From an uncultured virus (IMG/VR IMGVR_UViG_3300029258_003973) (taxonomy: Duplodnaviria > Heunggongvirae > Uroviricota > Caudoviricetes), in the IMG/VR virus record IMGVR_UViG_3300029258_003973: 64,000 nucleotides of DNA. One strand, given 5' to 3'. Numbering within the stretch: the first letter of the stretch is position 1; every line of letters starts with the position of its first letter. The position numbers and the translations under genes were made by a program. The notes under the pieces were generated by a model. The model was not told where the DNA came from, made no database searches, and saw only the letters and a list, made by a program, of their open reading frames with translations. Shown here in pieces: positions 40,820 to 53,300 of this stretch.

Positions 40820-41938
40820 ATGATTAGAAGCATAGAAAACGTAACACGTGGCAGCAGAGTTTCATCTGAAGATATAAGAGAGATGACAGATGGGCTATAC
40901 CAGAAACACTCTGCCGGTTACCATAAAATACTACAGCTATATGGATTACTGAGAACAGCATCTCTCGGTCTTGAAATGACCAACTCAGCTATGTCATCAG
41001 TGATCAGTTCTCTGGTCACAGAAGACGCTAATGTGTTGATATATGATGCGGCTGATACCCCTACCTATCCTTCATCCATAGGAGCTGGAGAGAAAGCTGA
41101 ATGTCATCAAGAGTTTATGACTATAATAGGTAAAAGAGTAAACACGAAACTTGTTTTCACTGACGACGATAATGTCATAGACTCAGCAATCACAGTGAGG
41201 AAAGCACTGTCTACTGCTGACAATAGTATACCTACTGGGGTAGTAGAGAATGCTGTAGAGAACGCTCTCACTGGGGACGCTCCCTATATTGCCAGATACC
41301 TAATGGATTCCGCAGTAAGGACTACTCTTACGTTGGATATGAAGTCGACTGCTAAACCCATGTATATAAATGCCCTGAGGTTTATCCCCATTCCTTCAGT
41401 TGGTATGGTAACCTTGGACAATATCACATATGGTAGTGGCTCCAGTATTATACTCAACGGTGGGTCAGCTCTACCAGAGATAGAGGAGTTTAGTCTGGAT
41501 AGATCATACCAAGGGTATATCCATTTCAGACCCATAACTACGACAGACTTTTACATAGCTCTCTCATCTGAAACATATATGTCAAACTTTGAGGCAGTGG
41601 CTATAGGACTTTCCAGATTAATAGGGGAGATAAATACATATGCTTCTACATCCTATATAGGTTGGGAAGTAGAATACCCAACAGGATACACTAAGATAAA
41701 CAGGCTTAGGATAATACCAGGAAAGTATAGCAATGGCGTCGATAATACACGGGTAAAGGTATATGACAACGTCGATGACTTTAATGCTGTCAACGATAGC
41801 TATATAGAACTATGCGGGTCAAATACGTCCCTGAATATATCTTCTACCAGTGTTCCAACTCCATATATCCTCCTGGAGATAGATAACGACAACGGCACCA
41901 CTCCATGTGTAAGCCAAGTCAAGCTTGAGTTCGAGTAG
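40820..41938 (+). CDS. Hypothetical structural protein (372 aa)
   Basis: GAGG SD; N-terminal helix then beta-rich body ending TPCVSQVKLEFE like the upstream paralog-like genes. Confidence 0.55.
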   Translation: MIRSIENVTRGSRVSSEDIREMTDGLYQKHSAGYHKILQLYGLLRTASLGLEMTNSAMSSVISSLVTEDANVLIYDAADTPTYPSSIGAGEKAECHQEFMTIIGKRVNTKLVFTDDDNVIDSAITVRKALSTADNSIPTGVVENAVENALTGDAPYIARYLMDSAVRTTLTLDMKSTAKPMYINALRFIPIPSVGMVTLDNITYGSGSSIILNGGSALPEIEEFSLDRSYQGYIHFRPITTTDFYIALSSETYMSNFEAVAIGLSRLIGEINTYASTSYIGWEVEYPTGYTKINRLRIIPGKYSNGVDNTRVKVYDNVDDFNAVNDSYIELCGSNTSLNISSTSVPTPYILLEIDNDNGTTPCVSQVKLEFE

Positions 41939-41947
41939 GGGGTAAGA

Positions 41948-44900
41948 TTGAAGACTATTGTTCCCAAGTTTGATTTCTCTGAAACCACCCCGGCTGTCGG
42001 CGATGGGCAAAACCACGAAGAAGGAGAAGTAACCTCTCTTGATTCCTCTGTATTTAACGAATACGAGCGAGTACTTTCTCAGATAGCTATCGCTATAGGT
42101 GATTATTCAGTAACAGATACTATACCGAGTTCTGACGAAACCCTGGCTGGTTCTCTCAAGTGGGCATATGATTGGTTTACAAATGCCAAATGGCCTATAG
42201 ATAATACGGTATTCAGTGGGGTCGTAGAATACTCCGGGAATACTGAGCTAGTATACCATGTCCAACTACATTCAGATAGTGCTAGACACGATGTAGGGTT
42301 TCTAAATATAGGTTGTTCCCAGTCTAGTGAACCTGTTCTTTCTCCTTTTGTAAGATATAGCGAAGTCGAGGGGCTGGATCCTGAAATAGCATTTTACTCC
42401 AGTGGAGAAATCGTAGTAAGAATATCCCTGAATGATGGAGAGGAAGACCAGCATACCTCGTTGAAACCACATGTACATTTGCTATATTCAGCTGATCAGG
42501 TACCACCAACAACCTTATTCAGTATAGGCCTTTCTAGTTATAGTGATCCCTATGGTATTTCTATAGATATAGGTGAATATAACACAAATGATATGGTCCA
42601 TATAGGAGCAAATGCTCATGGAATATATGGAACACAACATTGGGGTATTAACGGATTTGGTTTCCATGGACCATTAATAGGTTCCGTGACTAGAGAAGGA
42701 GAATCCAGACTAGATAGCCAATCTAACGTGCGACATCTATTTGGATTCGTGGACAGTTATGATGACTCATTGTCTGTCCCTATGTACGTGAGAATGGATG
42801 ACGTTGTGGTTATAGATGATAGTATTTCTCCGTTGAGCGGTGAAGTACTTGATATACCTTCAGATATATACGTTTCCGGTGAACTAACTGTAGGGGTGCT
42901 AAACGACAGTCAATATGTAGTATCCGATAATATTCTATATGATCAAACAATGCTGTGTAACTCCGGGATAGTAGGCAGCGGAATAATAGAGCTTCAAACC
43001 ATTACGGTTGAAGAACCCTATATTTCGGGGTATCATTATACCAACTTAGGTAATACAGTTGCACTAATGGGGAATGTAGTGATCCCTTACCAGGCCATTG
43101 GGGACAATGTATACTCTCAAATATTTGCAAAGAAAGGAAAGAGATACGAACGGCTCCAATTCGGAAGCATAGTAGGAGAGGGAATAGGAAATGCAGCAGT
43201 GTATGGTAATAGTATAGCATACACTGAAGAGGGAGCTTATAATGATAATCTATTTATATCAGTAAGGAACGAGTCAGGCTGGGAATTAGTCCAAACACTA
43301 ACCGAAGACGATCTTCTTCCTGAGGGTACCAACTACGATTTCGGTACAGCAGCTGAATATATAATGACTGATAATTTACTGGTAACCGGGTGCTATCCTT
43401 CATACGCTTCTAATGATGTTCCAGTAATAGCTATATTTGAGAAGGACACTAGCAAGAGAAACAATCCCTATGTGTTCTTACAATCATTCGATCCGCAACC
43501 TAATGTATTATATGGGCCAACCTACTACTATGGTCTCAGAGATATGTTCTTGGTAGATAACATGCTTGTGGTGTCTTACGCTGGAGACGTGTTTACCCCA
43601 CCAGCACAAGCATGTGCTGATATTTTCTATAGGCCAGGCCCAGGAGAAAGATTCTCTCTGTTTCAGAATATTACTCAGCCAAACGGTAATGCTGAAGGTA
43701 ACGATTACGCTTTCGGAGATAGTGTGGCTGGGGATAAGAATACTCTGTTTATATCAGAACCCAATTATAGTGGAGGAAGAGTTCACGTATACGAGAAGCA
43801 TAAAACCTGGGAGCTAACACAGACAATAACTGCATCAGATGTAGTATATGGTGATTACTTTGGGAGCGGTATATATTATGACGGAGATAATACTCTTATT
43901 GTATCTGCACCAAGGCAGGATGTTGGTGAGCAGGAGGAAGCTGGAGTATTATATTTCTTCAGAAAAGTAAACGGTACATGGACAGAGTGGACACATATTG
44001 ATGCCCCACAATCTGGGTCCAACGGTCACTTTGGTGGAACACTAAGAGGAGACGGATCAATAATATATTGTCGGACCTATCACTCATCAGATGACCAAGC
44101 TAATAGTAACGGAAGACTGCATATAATGGAGCTCCCATATCCTGCCAAAGACGACGTAGTTATATATAATAGAGAAAGGAGCGGCTGGGAGAAGTACCGT
44201 ATAGGTATGAGGGGAACAACAGGAATGTACCTGGGTAGAGGACAGGTAGCTCTCGCTGGGGCAAGAATAGAATACAGATGTGGAGACAAACTGGCTTATA
44301 TAACTGATACCGGACAATTGTCACATCTCCACAGTATAGATGGCATCTTCAATAGAGAAACCGTAGGAAAATACATTGGGGATACTAAAATGGAGGTCAC
44401 AGAAATACAGAGACACCCGAGTGGGCTCCCAGATATGGGCCCAGTTAGTATAATCCATGATGATATATCTAGTGGTGTCTTAGATATATCAGCCGATAGA
44501 AACTTGATAGCAGCCGGAATACCTACACATGATACAAGTAAAGGAGAGGTACTTATATTTTCTGTATCAGAAGAGTATGCTTCTGGTTCTGTATGTGAAA
44601 GCACGATAACGGCAGATGATGGAAGCGCTAATGACTTCTTTGGGTATTCGGTCAGTCTATGGGGGAATCTCCTAGCGGTTGGGTCTCCTGAATACAATAG
44701 TGGTGCAGTAGATGGGGGAGCTGTCTATGTTTACTGTGAACATCCAGATTCTCCTGGAACGTGGATGGAAGAGGAAATAGTAATGCCGGGAATATCCTAC
44801 GCTAACGCTAGATTTGGGTTATCATTGGCCGGTAGCTGTGACCTACTTGCTGTAGGTGAACCTTTTCACGATGGAACTACATCATATGGGAGTGGTATAG

Positions 44901-45583
44901 TACATGTATTCGAACGCCATTTCTCTAATGAAACTGGGTCTGGATTTTGGACTGATGAACAGATAATAACTGCTAGTGATGCTGAGGACGGAGCAATGTT
45001 TGGCAGAGCAGTAGATATAGATAAAGATATTCTTGTAGTAGGCGCCCCCGCGGCAACTACCGATAGTTCGATAACCGGAAGAGCATATGTATACAGAAGA
45101 AATCTGCTAAATAGAGAATGGACCGAGGAAGCCGTACTGGATACTACCGGTGTTGTACCCGGTGGATCAATCTACTCTTTTGGTACATCGGTGAGTGTAT
45201 CAAATAATATGATAGCAGTAGGATCTTTCGCAGAGGATAGTCTGAGAGGGGCTGTATATGTTTACAAGTATGACGGCTCAGAGTGGGGACTATACAGCAA
45301 ACTAACGTACCAATCTCTAGAAGAAAAGGACTCTATACAGCCAGGAATGGGATACGGTGTAAATCTGAAGGACGGAGTTCTCACCGTCAATGGTGGAAAC
45401 AGGACAAAGATATATATAATGAAGGAGAACGGGCCAGAACTGGCAGCATCTTTGGAAGACCTGTTAGGCTGCTTTCAGCAAAGTGCCTCTATCGGATCTA
45501 TGGTATATGTTTCCGGTATAACGTTTCCATTCACAGACTATGTAGGTTCATTGGATATGATAAATATAGAGAGGCATATATAA
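41948..45583 (+). CDS. Tail fibre/receptor-binding protein 1 with FG-GAP beta-propeller repeats (1211 aa)
   Basis: Repeats FGDSVA, FGYSVSL..LAVGSP..GAVYVY, FGRAVDID..LVVGAP..GRAYVY; N-terminus shared with the next two genes. Confidence 0.8.
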   Translation: MKTIVPKFDFSETTPAVGDGQNHEEGEVTSLDSSVFNEYERVLSQIAIAIGDYSVTDTIPSSDETLAGSLKWAYDWFTNAKWPIDNTVFSGVVEYSGNTELVYHVQLHSDSARHDVGFLNIGCSQSSEPVLSPFVRYSEVEGLDPEIAFYSSGEIVVRISLNDGEEDQHTSLKPHVHLLYSADQVPPTTLFSIGLSSYSDPYGISIDIGEYNTNDMVHIGANAHGIYGTQHWGINGFGFHGPLIGSVTREGESRLDSQSNVRHLFGFVDSYDDSLSVPMYVRMDDVVVIDDSISPLSGEVLDIPSDIYVSGELTVGVLNDSQYVVSDNILYDQTMLCNSGIVGSGIIELQTITVEEPYISGYHYTNLGNTVALMGNVVIPYQAIGDNVYSQIFAKKGKRYERLQFGSIVGEGIGNAAVYGNSIAYTEEGAYNDNLFISVRNESGWELVQTLTEDDLLPEGTNYDFGTAAEYIMTDNLLVTGCYPSYASNDVPVIAIFEKDTSKRNNPYVFLQSFDPQPNVLYGPTYYYGLRDMFLVDNMLVVSYAGDVFTPPAQACADIFYRPGPGERFSLFQNITQPNGNAEGNDYAFGDSVAGDKNTLFISEPNYSGGRVHVYEKHKTWELTQTITASDVVYGDYFGSGIYYDGDNTLIVSAPRQDVGEQEEAGVLYFFRKVNGTWTEWTHIDAPQSGSNGHFGGTLRGDGSIIYCRTYHSSDDQANSNGRLHIMELPYPAKDDVVIYNRERSGWEKYRIGMRGTTGMYLGRGQVALAGARIEYRCGDKLAYITDTGQLSHLHSIDGIFNRETVGKYIGDTKMEVTEIQRHPSGLPDMGPVSIIHDDISSGVLDISADRNLIAAGIPTHDTSKGEVLIFSVSEEYASGSVCESTITADDGSANDFFGYSVSLWGNLLAVGSPEYNSGAVDGGAVYVYCEHPDSPGTWMEEEIVMPGISYANARFGLSLAGSCDLLAVGEPFHDGTTSYGSGIVHVFERHFSNETGSGFWTDEQIITASDAEDGAMFGRAVDIDKDILVVGAPAATTDSSITGRAYVYRRNLLNREWTEEAVLDTTGVVPGGSIYSFGTSVSVSNNMIAVGSFAEDSLRGAVYVYKYDGSEWGLYSKLTYQSLEEKDSIQPGMGYGVNLKDGVLTVNGGNRTKIYIMKENGPELAASLEDLLGCFQQSASIGSMVYVSGITFPFTDYVGSLDMINIERHI

Positions 45584-48500
45584 ATGTCTACCGTAGGATC
45601 AAAGCTAGATTTCTCTACTACAGTTCCCTCTACTGGAAGTGGTCAAGTTCATGATAATAGCGCTTCTCTGAAGAATCAGATAAGGCCGGAAATGTTCAAC
45701 GAGTATGAACGTATTATGGCTACTGTATCTACAGTAATAGGAAATTATGAGGTTTCAGATACGATCCCTTCTTGTTCTGATAATATAGGAGCTGGGATTA
45801 GGGAAGTATATGGCCTGAAAGATACACATGTAGATAATTCAGGACATGTGATCATCCCCCCTCAGAACAATGTAGGCACGTATTGCACAGAGATAAATTG
45901 TGTTACCCTTTCAGGGGAGATTGAAAGTGCAATATCTTCGTCAGACTACCTTGTCATGGTAGCTTCCGGTATAGTAGAAGGAGACCCTGCTTACTTTTCT
46001 CTTCTAGACCAAGATGATCATATAGTAAACTACGGTTCGTTCAACTATCAACACGCTTGCATTAGTGGAAGATTCTATACACTGTCTGAAACGTTTCTAT
46101 ATGGCCTTGGTGGTGTTTCCACGGATCCCCAAACTGGGGTATCATATGTTGGGGGATCTATACTTGTAGATGGTATTTCTAGAGTTTCATATTTTGAGAT
46201 ACAGCAAGATGGTTCATACGTCCAGCATAATGGAGACTTATCAGATGCTTCCACTACAATCATTGGTGGAGTTGCGTATGCCGGTGATTTCTATATGATA
46301 GGGTTCGAGGAGAATAGCGATCTAGACGACACAGTATCCGCTGCTGTATGGCGAAACGGAACCAGATCGTGGCTAGAAAGGACAGGAACAGGTAGCAGTT
46401 GGGCATACGATATAGATGTAAACTACATAACGGGGAAAACGTATGTCTGCGGGGCCGAGGATATAACGGACGGAGAGGATGAATACGATACAGCAACCAT
46501 ATGGGAAGATGGGAAGATAGTATACCAATCAAATCCAAGTGAGCTGGGAGTAGACGAGGGTGTATTAACTTGTATACATGTCGAGAATGGAGTAAATCCT
46601 TATGTCCTGACTGCAGGAGTCTTTGATGGTTATATATGCGCCGGCGTTGTTATGGATACTACATTTGAGAATGATGATGAGGTAATTTACTTCCTATACA
46701 AACCCCCCGAAGAGGAATACTCTGCCTATTGGGGATATGTTCATGATCTCATATCAGAAACAGACCTATACGGGAACTATAACCTATATGCTACTGGCTG
46801 GGCTCTCACTAGCATTATCCCTCTGGTGTATAGTCCAGTTGTGAGTAGTGGTCAGATAAACCTAGAAGGCCCCAACTGGCTAGAAACATTCTTGACAGAC
46901 CTTGAAGGTGAAAATGGGACTACCGTTTCTATGGTGCGAGAAGAAGACGGTATGCATGTATTCGGTACTTTAGCTGAGGATTATCAAGATGCTACTACCT
47001 GTAGAAGTATCGAGTTTCTATGGAGAACTCCTATAAACAGTGGCGAACTTGGATCAATATACGGGGAAAGTACATATGAGCCAAAGAACACAGTATTAGA
47101 TAATTCATGGTATGATGACAGGGCTCTGATCCTAAAGAATGACAATAGTATTGTAGGTCTAGCGTTGGACCCGCTGGATACAGATACAGATCCTACTCTT
47201 CTACCTTACTATGTGACTCACTTAGACAATCATACGTATGGTCACGGCACCAACTCTTTCTATGTTGACAGTTATAACAACCGAGTAGGGATAGGAGTAG
47301 TTACTCTTTCTGGTCTGCTAGCAGGAACGCAATCATATGATGATATCAAGTCTATGCTTCAAGTAGACAGAGACAGCAGAACAGTATTTGGATTGGAGAA
47401 GCAAGACTACAATGCCTCCATTCTTGTCAATGCGTATGTAGAAAGTGGAGAGGTATATGGTTTTCATGATAACAATTATCATGGTATAAGCATAAATCTT
47501 GTTCCCGGCACTGCGGATGCCACTACGTATATAGACTTCGGGTTTGTAGATAAAGCTACCAGGGAAAGAAGCTCTGTTGCCAGGATCACAAAGGCCGGAG
47601 TTCTTTATGCATCCGGTATAGTAAATCAAGACAGTATATCTGGCGAAATCCAAGTTAATGGTGACGCATATATAGAAAACCTTAGTACAGATGGATTTGA
47701 TTACGGTCGGGAAACCACTTCAAGATTACTCACAGACCAGACAATCCTTTCCAAGTCTGGTACGGTTAGCAATGCTTTAGGGGTTGAAGAGATACATATG
47801 CTGACTCCGGCAAACTATGATTCTGGTGGAGTATATGTAAATACAACCAATGGTCTTTTTGGTACAATCGGAGATATGTATGGCAACTATGCTGTAATCA
47901 GTAGTACCAATGCTAATGAAGTATTCAGGTATGATGGAGAGGCATGGTGCCGCCATGGTATAACCGATGGTGGTAGTGGGTGTTCTATATTTGAGCACGA
48001 ATTAGCTGTAGGTCCTGGTGATAATGACACTTGTGAAATATACAGGATAACAGAGAAAGGACTTGAACATATACAGAGTATAGAAGGAGAAATGGGGGAC
48101 CCTGGGTCCTCAAGATTTGCTGAAACCATAGCGTTGGGAGATAATGTTCTATTTGTATCAGCTAGAGATGAAACAGTGGGTGGGTACTCACGCGCCGGTC
48201 AGTTATGGGTATACGAGAAAGGATCATCCGGGGAGTGGGAAAATACCCAGGTCATAGATGCTCCGGATCCTGCTACTGATGGTAAGTTCGGATTTGCTAT
48301 GAAGATATACAGAACTTATGCTATAGTAACAGCGCCAGGGGCACTAAAAGCTTATATACTTGAGAAGAATTCTACCACTGGGTTATGGTCAGTAGTCAAT
48401 ACGATCATTCCAGACGATACCCCTCCCGGTACTATAACAGCTGATAGATGTGATGTTGCGTATACTGAGGATGGAATCACATTCCTATGGGGGATACCAG

Positions 48501-50320
48501 ATGGGGGAGTATCTGGATACGGACAAGTTCTGGTCATACGGCAGGTGAATGGAGAATGGCAAGTTGCGCAAGTTCTAGACAATCCAGGAACCACTGCTTA
48601 TTATGGATATGGTACCTGTATATCTGGGAATATAATCATTATAGGGGATATGAGCTACAATGCATATGCTGGAATAGCATATTTATACAGAAGAGATGAT
48701 ACAACCGGAGAATTCGAACTTGAATTTACCATAGAACCGAAGGAAGGATCAACCACATGTCAGATGTTCGGTGGATACTCAATGATCCGTGGGAACAATG
48801 TGATAATAACGAAGGCAGGAAGGTCTTTGCAGGGCTCACCCGTACAGACAGGAGTAGGTGCAGCGTTTGTATTCGAATTGACTTTTCCAAACTATCTTAC
48901 GGCTGTTAGATATAATACGCTAAGGGAGGGGTGGGTAAAGACCAGTCCATTCCATAATACAACTCCATCTATATACCTAGGTAGATCAAGTGTTGCTGTA
49001 AGTGGATACGATTTACCAGAAATGGCCTTCCCTTCAGACAATTGCCTTTACGTAGAAACAAATGGTTCACTTGTCACAAATCAAGACTGTAGATTATACT
49101 CTCGCATGCTAGTAGCAAAGAATACTCCATCTGGATTTACTATACACCCAAGGAAATGTCAAGGAAAGTTTCCTAGTGACAATATATACATGTCCGAAGG
49201 AGAAGGGGACCATGATAACCTTGGAGCCGTAGGTATACTGAAGGGAGAACATCTGTTAGTATCGTCAATAGATAACACCGTATGCTACGACTTTAATGGA
49301 TATTCGTTTGATGAAACTACTACGTTAGAAAACAGCGGTGGGTTTTGGGGACCGAGAATGGGCTCTTTTGGTGATGTCCTTATAGTCCCGGAAACAATGG
49401 ATCTTTATGGAACTCCGTATGGTATAGTTCACACATATGTAAGGAAAGCCACGGGATTTGCTGACAAGGAATGGATAGAGGGTGAATATACTGCCTCCGG
49501 TATCTTACCAATCTTGAACGACTCGGTTGTTCAATATGGTGACGTGTTTGCCTTAAGCAATTACGTAGGGGATTATGGCCAGTATAGATCTATCGGATTT
49601 GTTGAGGGAGCCTCTATGTGGGAACTTGAAACGTCAGGAGAAGTATTTCCTAGAGTATGGGTAAACTCAGAGTTTGACTATCCACCAATGGGAAATATGG
49701 ATCTATATAGAGATACGATGGTCATTCTAGAAGGAATAGATTATGATGACTATATGGAGGGGTTTAACTTCTACGGGCTAGTTAGGGTATTAGAATATAA
49801 CAATGGCACATGGGAAATAGCTCAGAGTATAGGAGAACTAGTACCTTCGGGGGAACTAGGAGGATTTCCTTACGGTGTGGCGGAATACCCATGCACAGAT
49901 ATCTCTATAAATGGTGATGTACTGGCAATAGCATATGGTATGGTAAGCGGTCATCCTTCTGAGCCTTATAATGATTGTAGTGTTGTTGTAATATATAGGC
50001 ATGATGGAACTGAATGGGTCCAGGAGCATATTGCAGCAATACCAAAGGCAGGTACTAATGAGAACTATGGATACGCTGTTTCAGTGTGTGGAGATAATAT
50101 ACTTATAAGACCGGTTGATGATACATGTGGCCCAACTGTTATATCTTATGATGGATCTAAGTGGACCAGTTCTGACCTGTCTGACCTGCATTATATAAGT
50201 CGTGACACCACACCTAGTCCATCCAATAGTGTGTTTTCATTATTTGGAGATATAGTATTCGCTGGGGATTTTGAGAACCACAGATTTACGGTAGGTAGTA
50301 TAGAGAGGTTTATATTGTAA
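45584..50320 (+). CDS. Tail fibre/receptor-binding protein 2 with beta-propeller repeats (1578 aa)
   Basis: Shared N-terminus KLDFSTT.P..GSGQ.H..NEYERI; FG-GAP-like blades plus an extra N-terminal propeller-like region (YVCG..ATIWEDG). Confidence 0.78.
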   Translation: MSTVGSKLDFSTTVPSTGSGQVHDNSASLKNQIRPEMFNEYERIMATVSTVIGNYEVSDTIPSCSDNIGAGIREVYGLKDTHVDNSGHVIIPPQNNVGTYCTEINCVTLSGEIESAISSSDYLVMVASGIVEGDPAYFSLLDQDDHIVNYGSFNYQHACISGRFYTLSETFLYGLGGVSTDPQTGVSYVGGSILVDGISRVSYFEIQQDGSYVQHNGDLSDASTTIIGGVAYAGDFYMIGFEENSDLDDTVSAAVWRNGTRSWLERTGTGSSWAYDIDVNYITGKTYVCGAEDITDGEDEYDTATIWEDGKIVYQSNPSELGVDEGVLTCIHVENGVNPYVLTAGVFDGYICAGVVMDTTFENDDEVIYFLYKPPEEEYSAYWGYVHDLISETDLYGNYNLYATGWALTSIIPLVYSPVVSSGQINLEGPNWLETFLTDLEGENGTTVSMVREEDGMHVFGTLAEDYQDATTCRSIEFLWRTPINSGELGSIYGESTYEPKNTVLDNSWYDDRALILKNDNSIVGLALDPLDTDTDPTLLPYYVTHLDNHTYGHGTNSFYVDSYNNRVGIGVVTLSGLLAGTQSYDDIKSMLQVDRDSRTVFGLEKQDYNASILVNAYVESGEVYGFHDNNYHGISINLVPGTADATTYIDFGFVDKATRERSSVARITKAGVLYASGIVNQDSISGEIQVNGDAYIENLSTDGFDYGRETTSRLLTDQTILSKSGTVSNALGVEEIHMLTPANYDSGGVYVNTTNGLFGTIGDMYGNYAVISSTNANEVFRYDGEAWCRHGITDGGSGCSIFEHELAVGPGDNDTCEIYRITEKGLEHIQSIEGEMGDPGSSRFAETIALGDNVLFVSARDETVGGYSRAGQLWVYEKGSSGEWENTQVIDAPDPATDGKFGFAMKIYRTYAIVTAPGALKAYILEKNSTTGLWSVVNTIIPDDTPPGTITADRCDVAYTEDGITFLWGIPDGGVSGYGQVLVIRQVNGEWQVAQVLDNPGTTAYYGYGTCISGNIIIIGDMSYNAYAGIAYLYRRDDTTGEFELEFTIEPKEGSTTCQMFGGYSMIRGNNVIITKAGRSLQGSPVQTGVGAAFVFELTFPNYLTAVRYNTLREGWVKTSPFHNTTPSIYLGRSSVAVSGYDLPEMAFPSDNCLYVETNGSLVTNQDCRLYSRMLVAKNTPSGFTIHPRKCQGKFPSDNIYMSEGEGDHDNLGAVGILKGEHLLVSSIDNTVCYDFNGYSFDETTTLENSGGFWGPRMGSFGDVLIVPETMDLYGTPYGIVHTYVRKATGFADKEWIEGEYTASGILPILNDSVVQYGDVFALSNYVGDYGQYRSIGFVEGASMWELETSGEVFPRVWVNSEFDYPPMGNMDLYRDTMVILEGIDYDDYMEGFNFYGLVRVLEYNNGTWEIAQSIGELVPSGELGGFPYGVAEYPCTDISINGDVLAIAYGMVSGHPSEPYNDCSVVVIYRHDGTEWVQEHIAAIPKAGTNENYGYAVSVCGDNILIRPVDDTCGPTVISYDGSKWTSSDLSDLHYISRDTTPSPSNSVFSLFGDIVFAGDFENHRFTVGSIERFIL

Positions 50321-53300
50321 TGTCTACAATCGTACCAAAACTAGACTTTAGTACAGCAACACCAAGAGCTGGTTCCGGCCAATCTCATACCTCTGAGACC
50401 CCTACCCAGGCCAATACTATAACCGCAGCTATGCTGAATGAATATGAGAGAATAATGTATCTTGCCGATACTGTAATAGGTGACTATCTATTCTCTACAA
50501 CTATACCAGACGCTGATAACAACCTTGGTGACGCAATAAGAACTGCATATACTACAATGGATGGAGACTATGTTGGTTATCACTACACACTTATACCTCA
50601 TACTCTTACCATAGATGGCGAAAGTGAAACGTTCCCCTTAATCATAAGGTCCTCAGTAACAGAGGTAGCTGGGTCCAATTACTCACAGGCTACTCTGCTG
50701 TTAGGCGACGCAGCCGCTCCAGGATTGACGTCTTCTCTATTCACAAGTATATATAATGAACTGAGCTCCACTAGCAGAATAACTACATGGTTCGTAACTG
50801 CTGGTGCTCTAAGTATAGTATCCTCATTTACTGGTTCTGGAGCAAATGCAGAGTATGTTCTTGATAGTTCTACAGTGGTCATAGATAGCTGGCATGTTGG
50901 TACAAACCCCGATCATGCTCATGGTATACTTCAGTTCAATAGTGATCCCGATGCTCCATCACTAGTTATATCTAAAGATATATATGGTGGAGTAGAAGTT
51001 GCAGTCACTGGTAGTATACAAAATGACTATTCTTCCCCTACGGGCCTCTTTAGGGCCCATGGTTGGACAGGAACGGAAGACTGGGATGCAGACATAACCA
51101 TCTATAGGGTTACCGATACAGACGAGACAACCGCTATATTATACTCTTTCATAGATGGTACTGCTGCTGTATCCACACCACAAGCTCCTATATCTCCTCC
51201 TCTTACTATAAGAAAGGACGGTTACATAGGTGTAAGAAATGTAGCAGCACCAGATGGAGATAGACTATATTTTGCCGATACTTTAGAAGCCACTGGCAGT
51301 ATATCTGCTCAGTATATTTCTAAGAAAGAAGGGATTGTTATAGAAACTAATGACTATGCTAGTGGTCAGATAGTTGTTTCGGATACTGATAGGAGTCAGA
51401 GCACATCTTGCTCACTATATACTCCAACTACAGCGTCAAATTGTCTATTAGGATATAGTGTTGCATGTAATGGAGATTACCTTGCGGCTGGCGCCTACTA
51501 TACTAATTCTCAATATGGCGCAGTGTATGTGTATGAATATAATGGAAGTAACTGGGGGGCCGGACAAGTTCTGGTCCCTGACCCGGCAATAGATGAGGCA
51601 TGTCACTTCGGATTCTCTGTTGATATGGATCCCATACGTATAGCAGTCGGTGCTCCTCTTACAAGTAATGGTGGTACAAACCGCGGCGCCGTGTATATTT
51701 TCAAATACGCAGGAGGATTCTGGATACAGGAAGATATAGTATATCCAGATGTCCCGGAAGATAACGCATACTTTGGAATGTACGTTAGTATATCTAACAC
51801 TACACTTGTTGTACATAGCTACGGTTCAGGGCCAGCTAACGGCTTCTATATATTTGACCTGGATAAAAGTACATCTACATGGTCCCAGACTGATAGAATA
51901 ACAACAACTGGTGATAACTTCGGAAAGGATGTGAAAATACATGGTGATACAATTATCACATATGATAGCAAAGTAAATTCATATACAGGAGAAGTATACA
52001 TATATGAAAGATCCAGTGGTATATGGTCACTAACTCATACAATAGAAGGAGCAGCTCCGGGTGATAATCTTGGTAAATATGGAATAGATACAAATGGAAG
52101 CTATGTAGCAGCAATTGCAATAGAGTCCGGCGGTTATGGGAGAGTAGATATATACAGAAAGACGTCATCTGGTTGGGTATTTGATGACTCATATACAGAC
52201 GATAGTGGTGGCTATGGTGATTGTTCGTTAAGGTCTCCAAGGTTTTACTACACAAGACTTATAGTAGGAAAGATAGAATCTTCCACTAATGCAAGCGTGT
52301 TGATATTTGATAGAGAGAACAATGAGTGGGGATCTGCAGGAGATATAAAGAACTATTGCTGCAGTGCGGATCCTGGTGGGTTTGGGGGATACTTAGCTAT
52401 ACATGGGAACACAATAGTTGCAGGCGAGCCGTCCGACTCAGCCAGATACAATGCTACCGAAACAGATGAACTAGGTACAGAATACACCCTAGCTGGTAAA
52501 GTAGTGGTGTTTGAAACCACAAAACCAGCCCCATTTACAGCAGTATATAAGGATAACTGGTGGGGAGGATGGAGAAAGTACTCCCCCTCATACAATACCA
52601 TGCCTTCAGTTTACTTGGGCGAAGGTAAAGTTGCAAACAACGGATGTCTTGTAAATGTAGAATGGCAAGACATGAGGAAGATGTATCTGGCAAACAATGG
52701 TAACATAGTGAATAGAAGGGGAGTACATCTCCCATCTAGGACTATCTCGATTGCCAGAAGTATTTCCCCGGGGCTGATAGAAATCCATGTAGAAGAACTA
52801 CGGCAGTCTATACAAATGGATAGTGCATGGAGCCAGGAGGCTATAACTGGAAGCGATGAGGGAGGTTGTTTCGGATATAGTGTTTCCGCAGACAGCAGAA
52901 CTCTACTAATCGGAGTACCATATAAACAAGACGAAGGAGAAGCAAAGGGTGCAGGTAGTATCAGATATAGAGTACAAGATATTTGGAAAACAGATTATAG
53001 TGATTTCGACCACAGCGACATAGTAGTGTCTGGTTCTCTATGTGGGAAATGTGTAGATATATGTGGAGATATTGGAGCTATTGGGGTTCCGAATGGAACC
53101 CATCCAGATATGTCGGGGGAAATACCAGGCGGTGTTCTAGTAATATGGGATGATCTTATGTACCGGGATTATAACACAGTCAGAGTATTATATCCACCAT
53201 CATCAGGACAGAACAGCTTTGGAACATCTGTTGCAACTGATGGCGAGTGGATAGTTGTGGGAAGCCCACTGGAAGATACTACCGAAGACGATTCCGGGCA

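Noticed and set aside
30939..41950. Stop-codon reassignment (TAG readthrough), suggested by in-frame junctions at 30941/30951 and 41938/41948
   Set aside because: Multi-kb ORFs are intact under code 11, TAA/TAG/TGA all end genes at sensible places, the spacers contain SD motifs, and the 41948 N-terminus aligns with the starts of its two paralogs.
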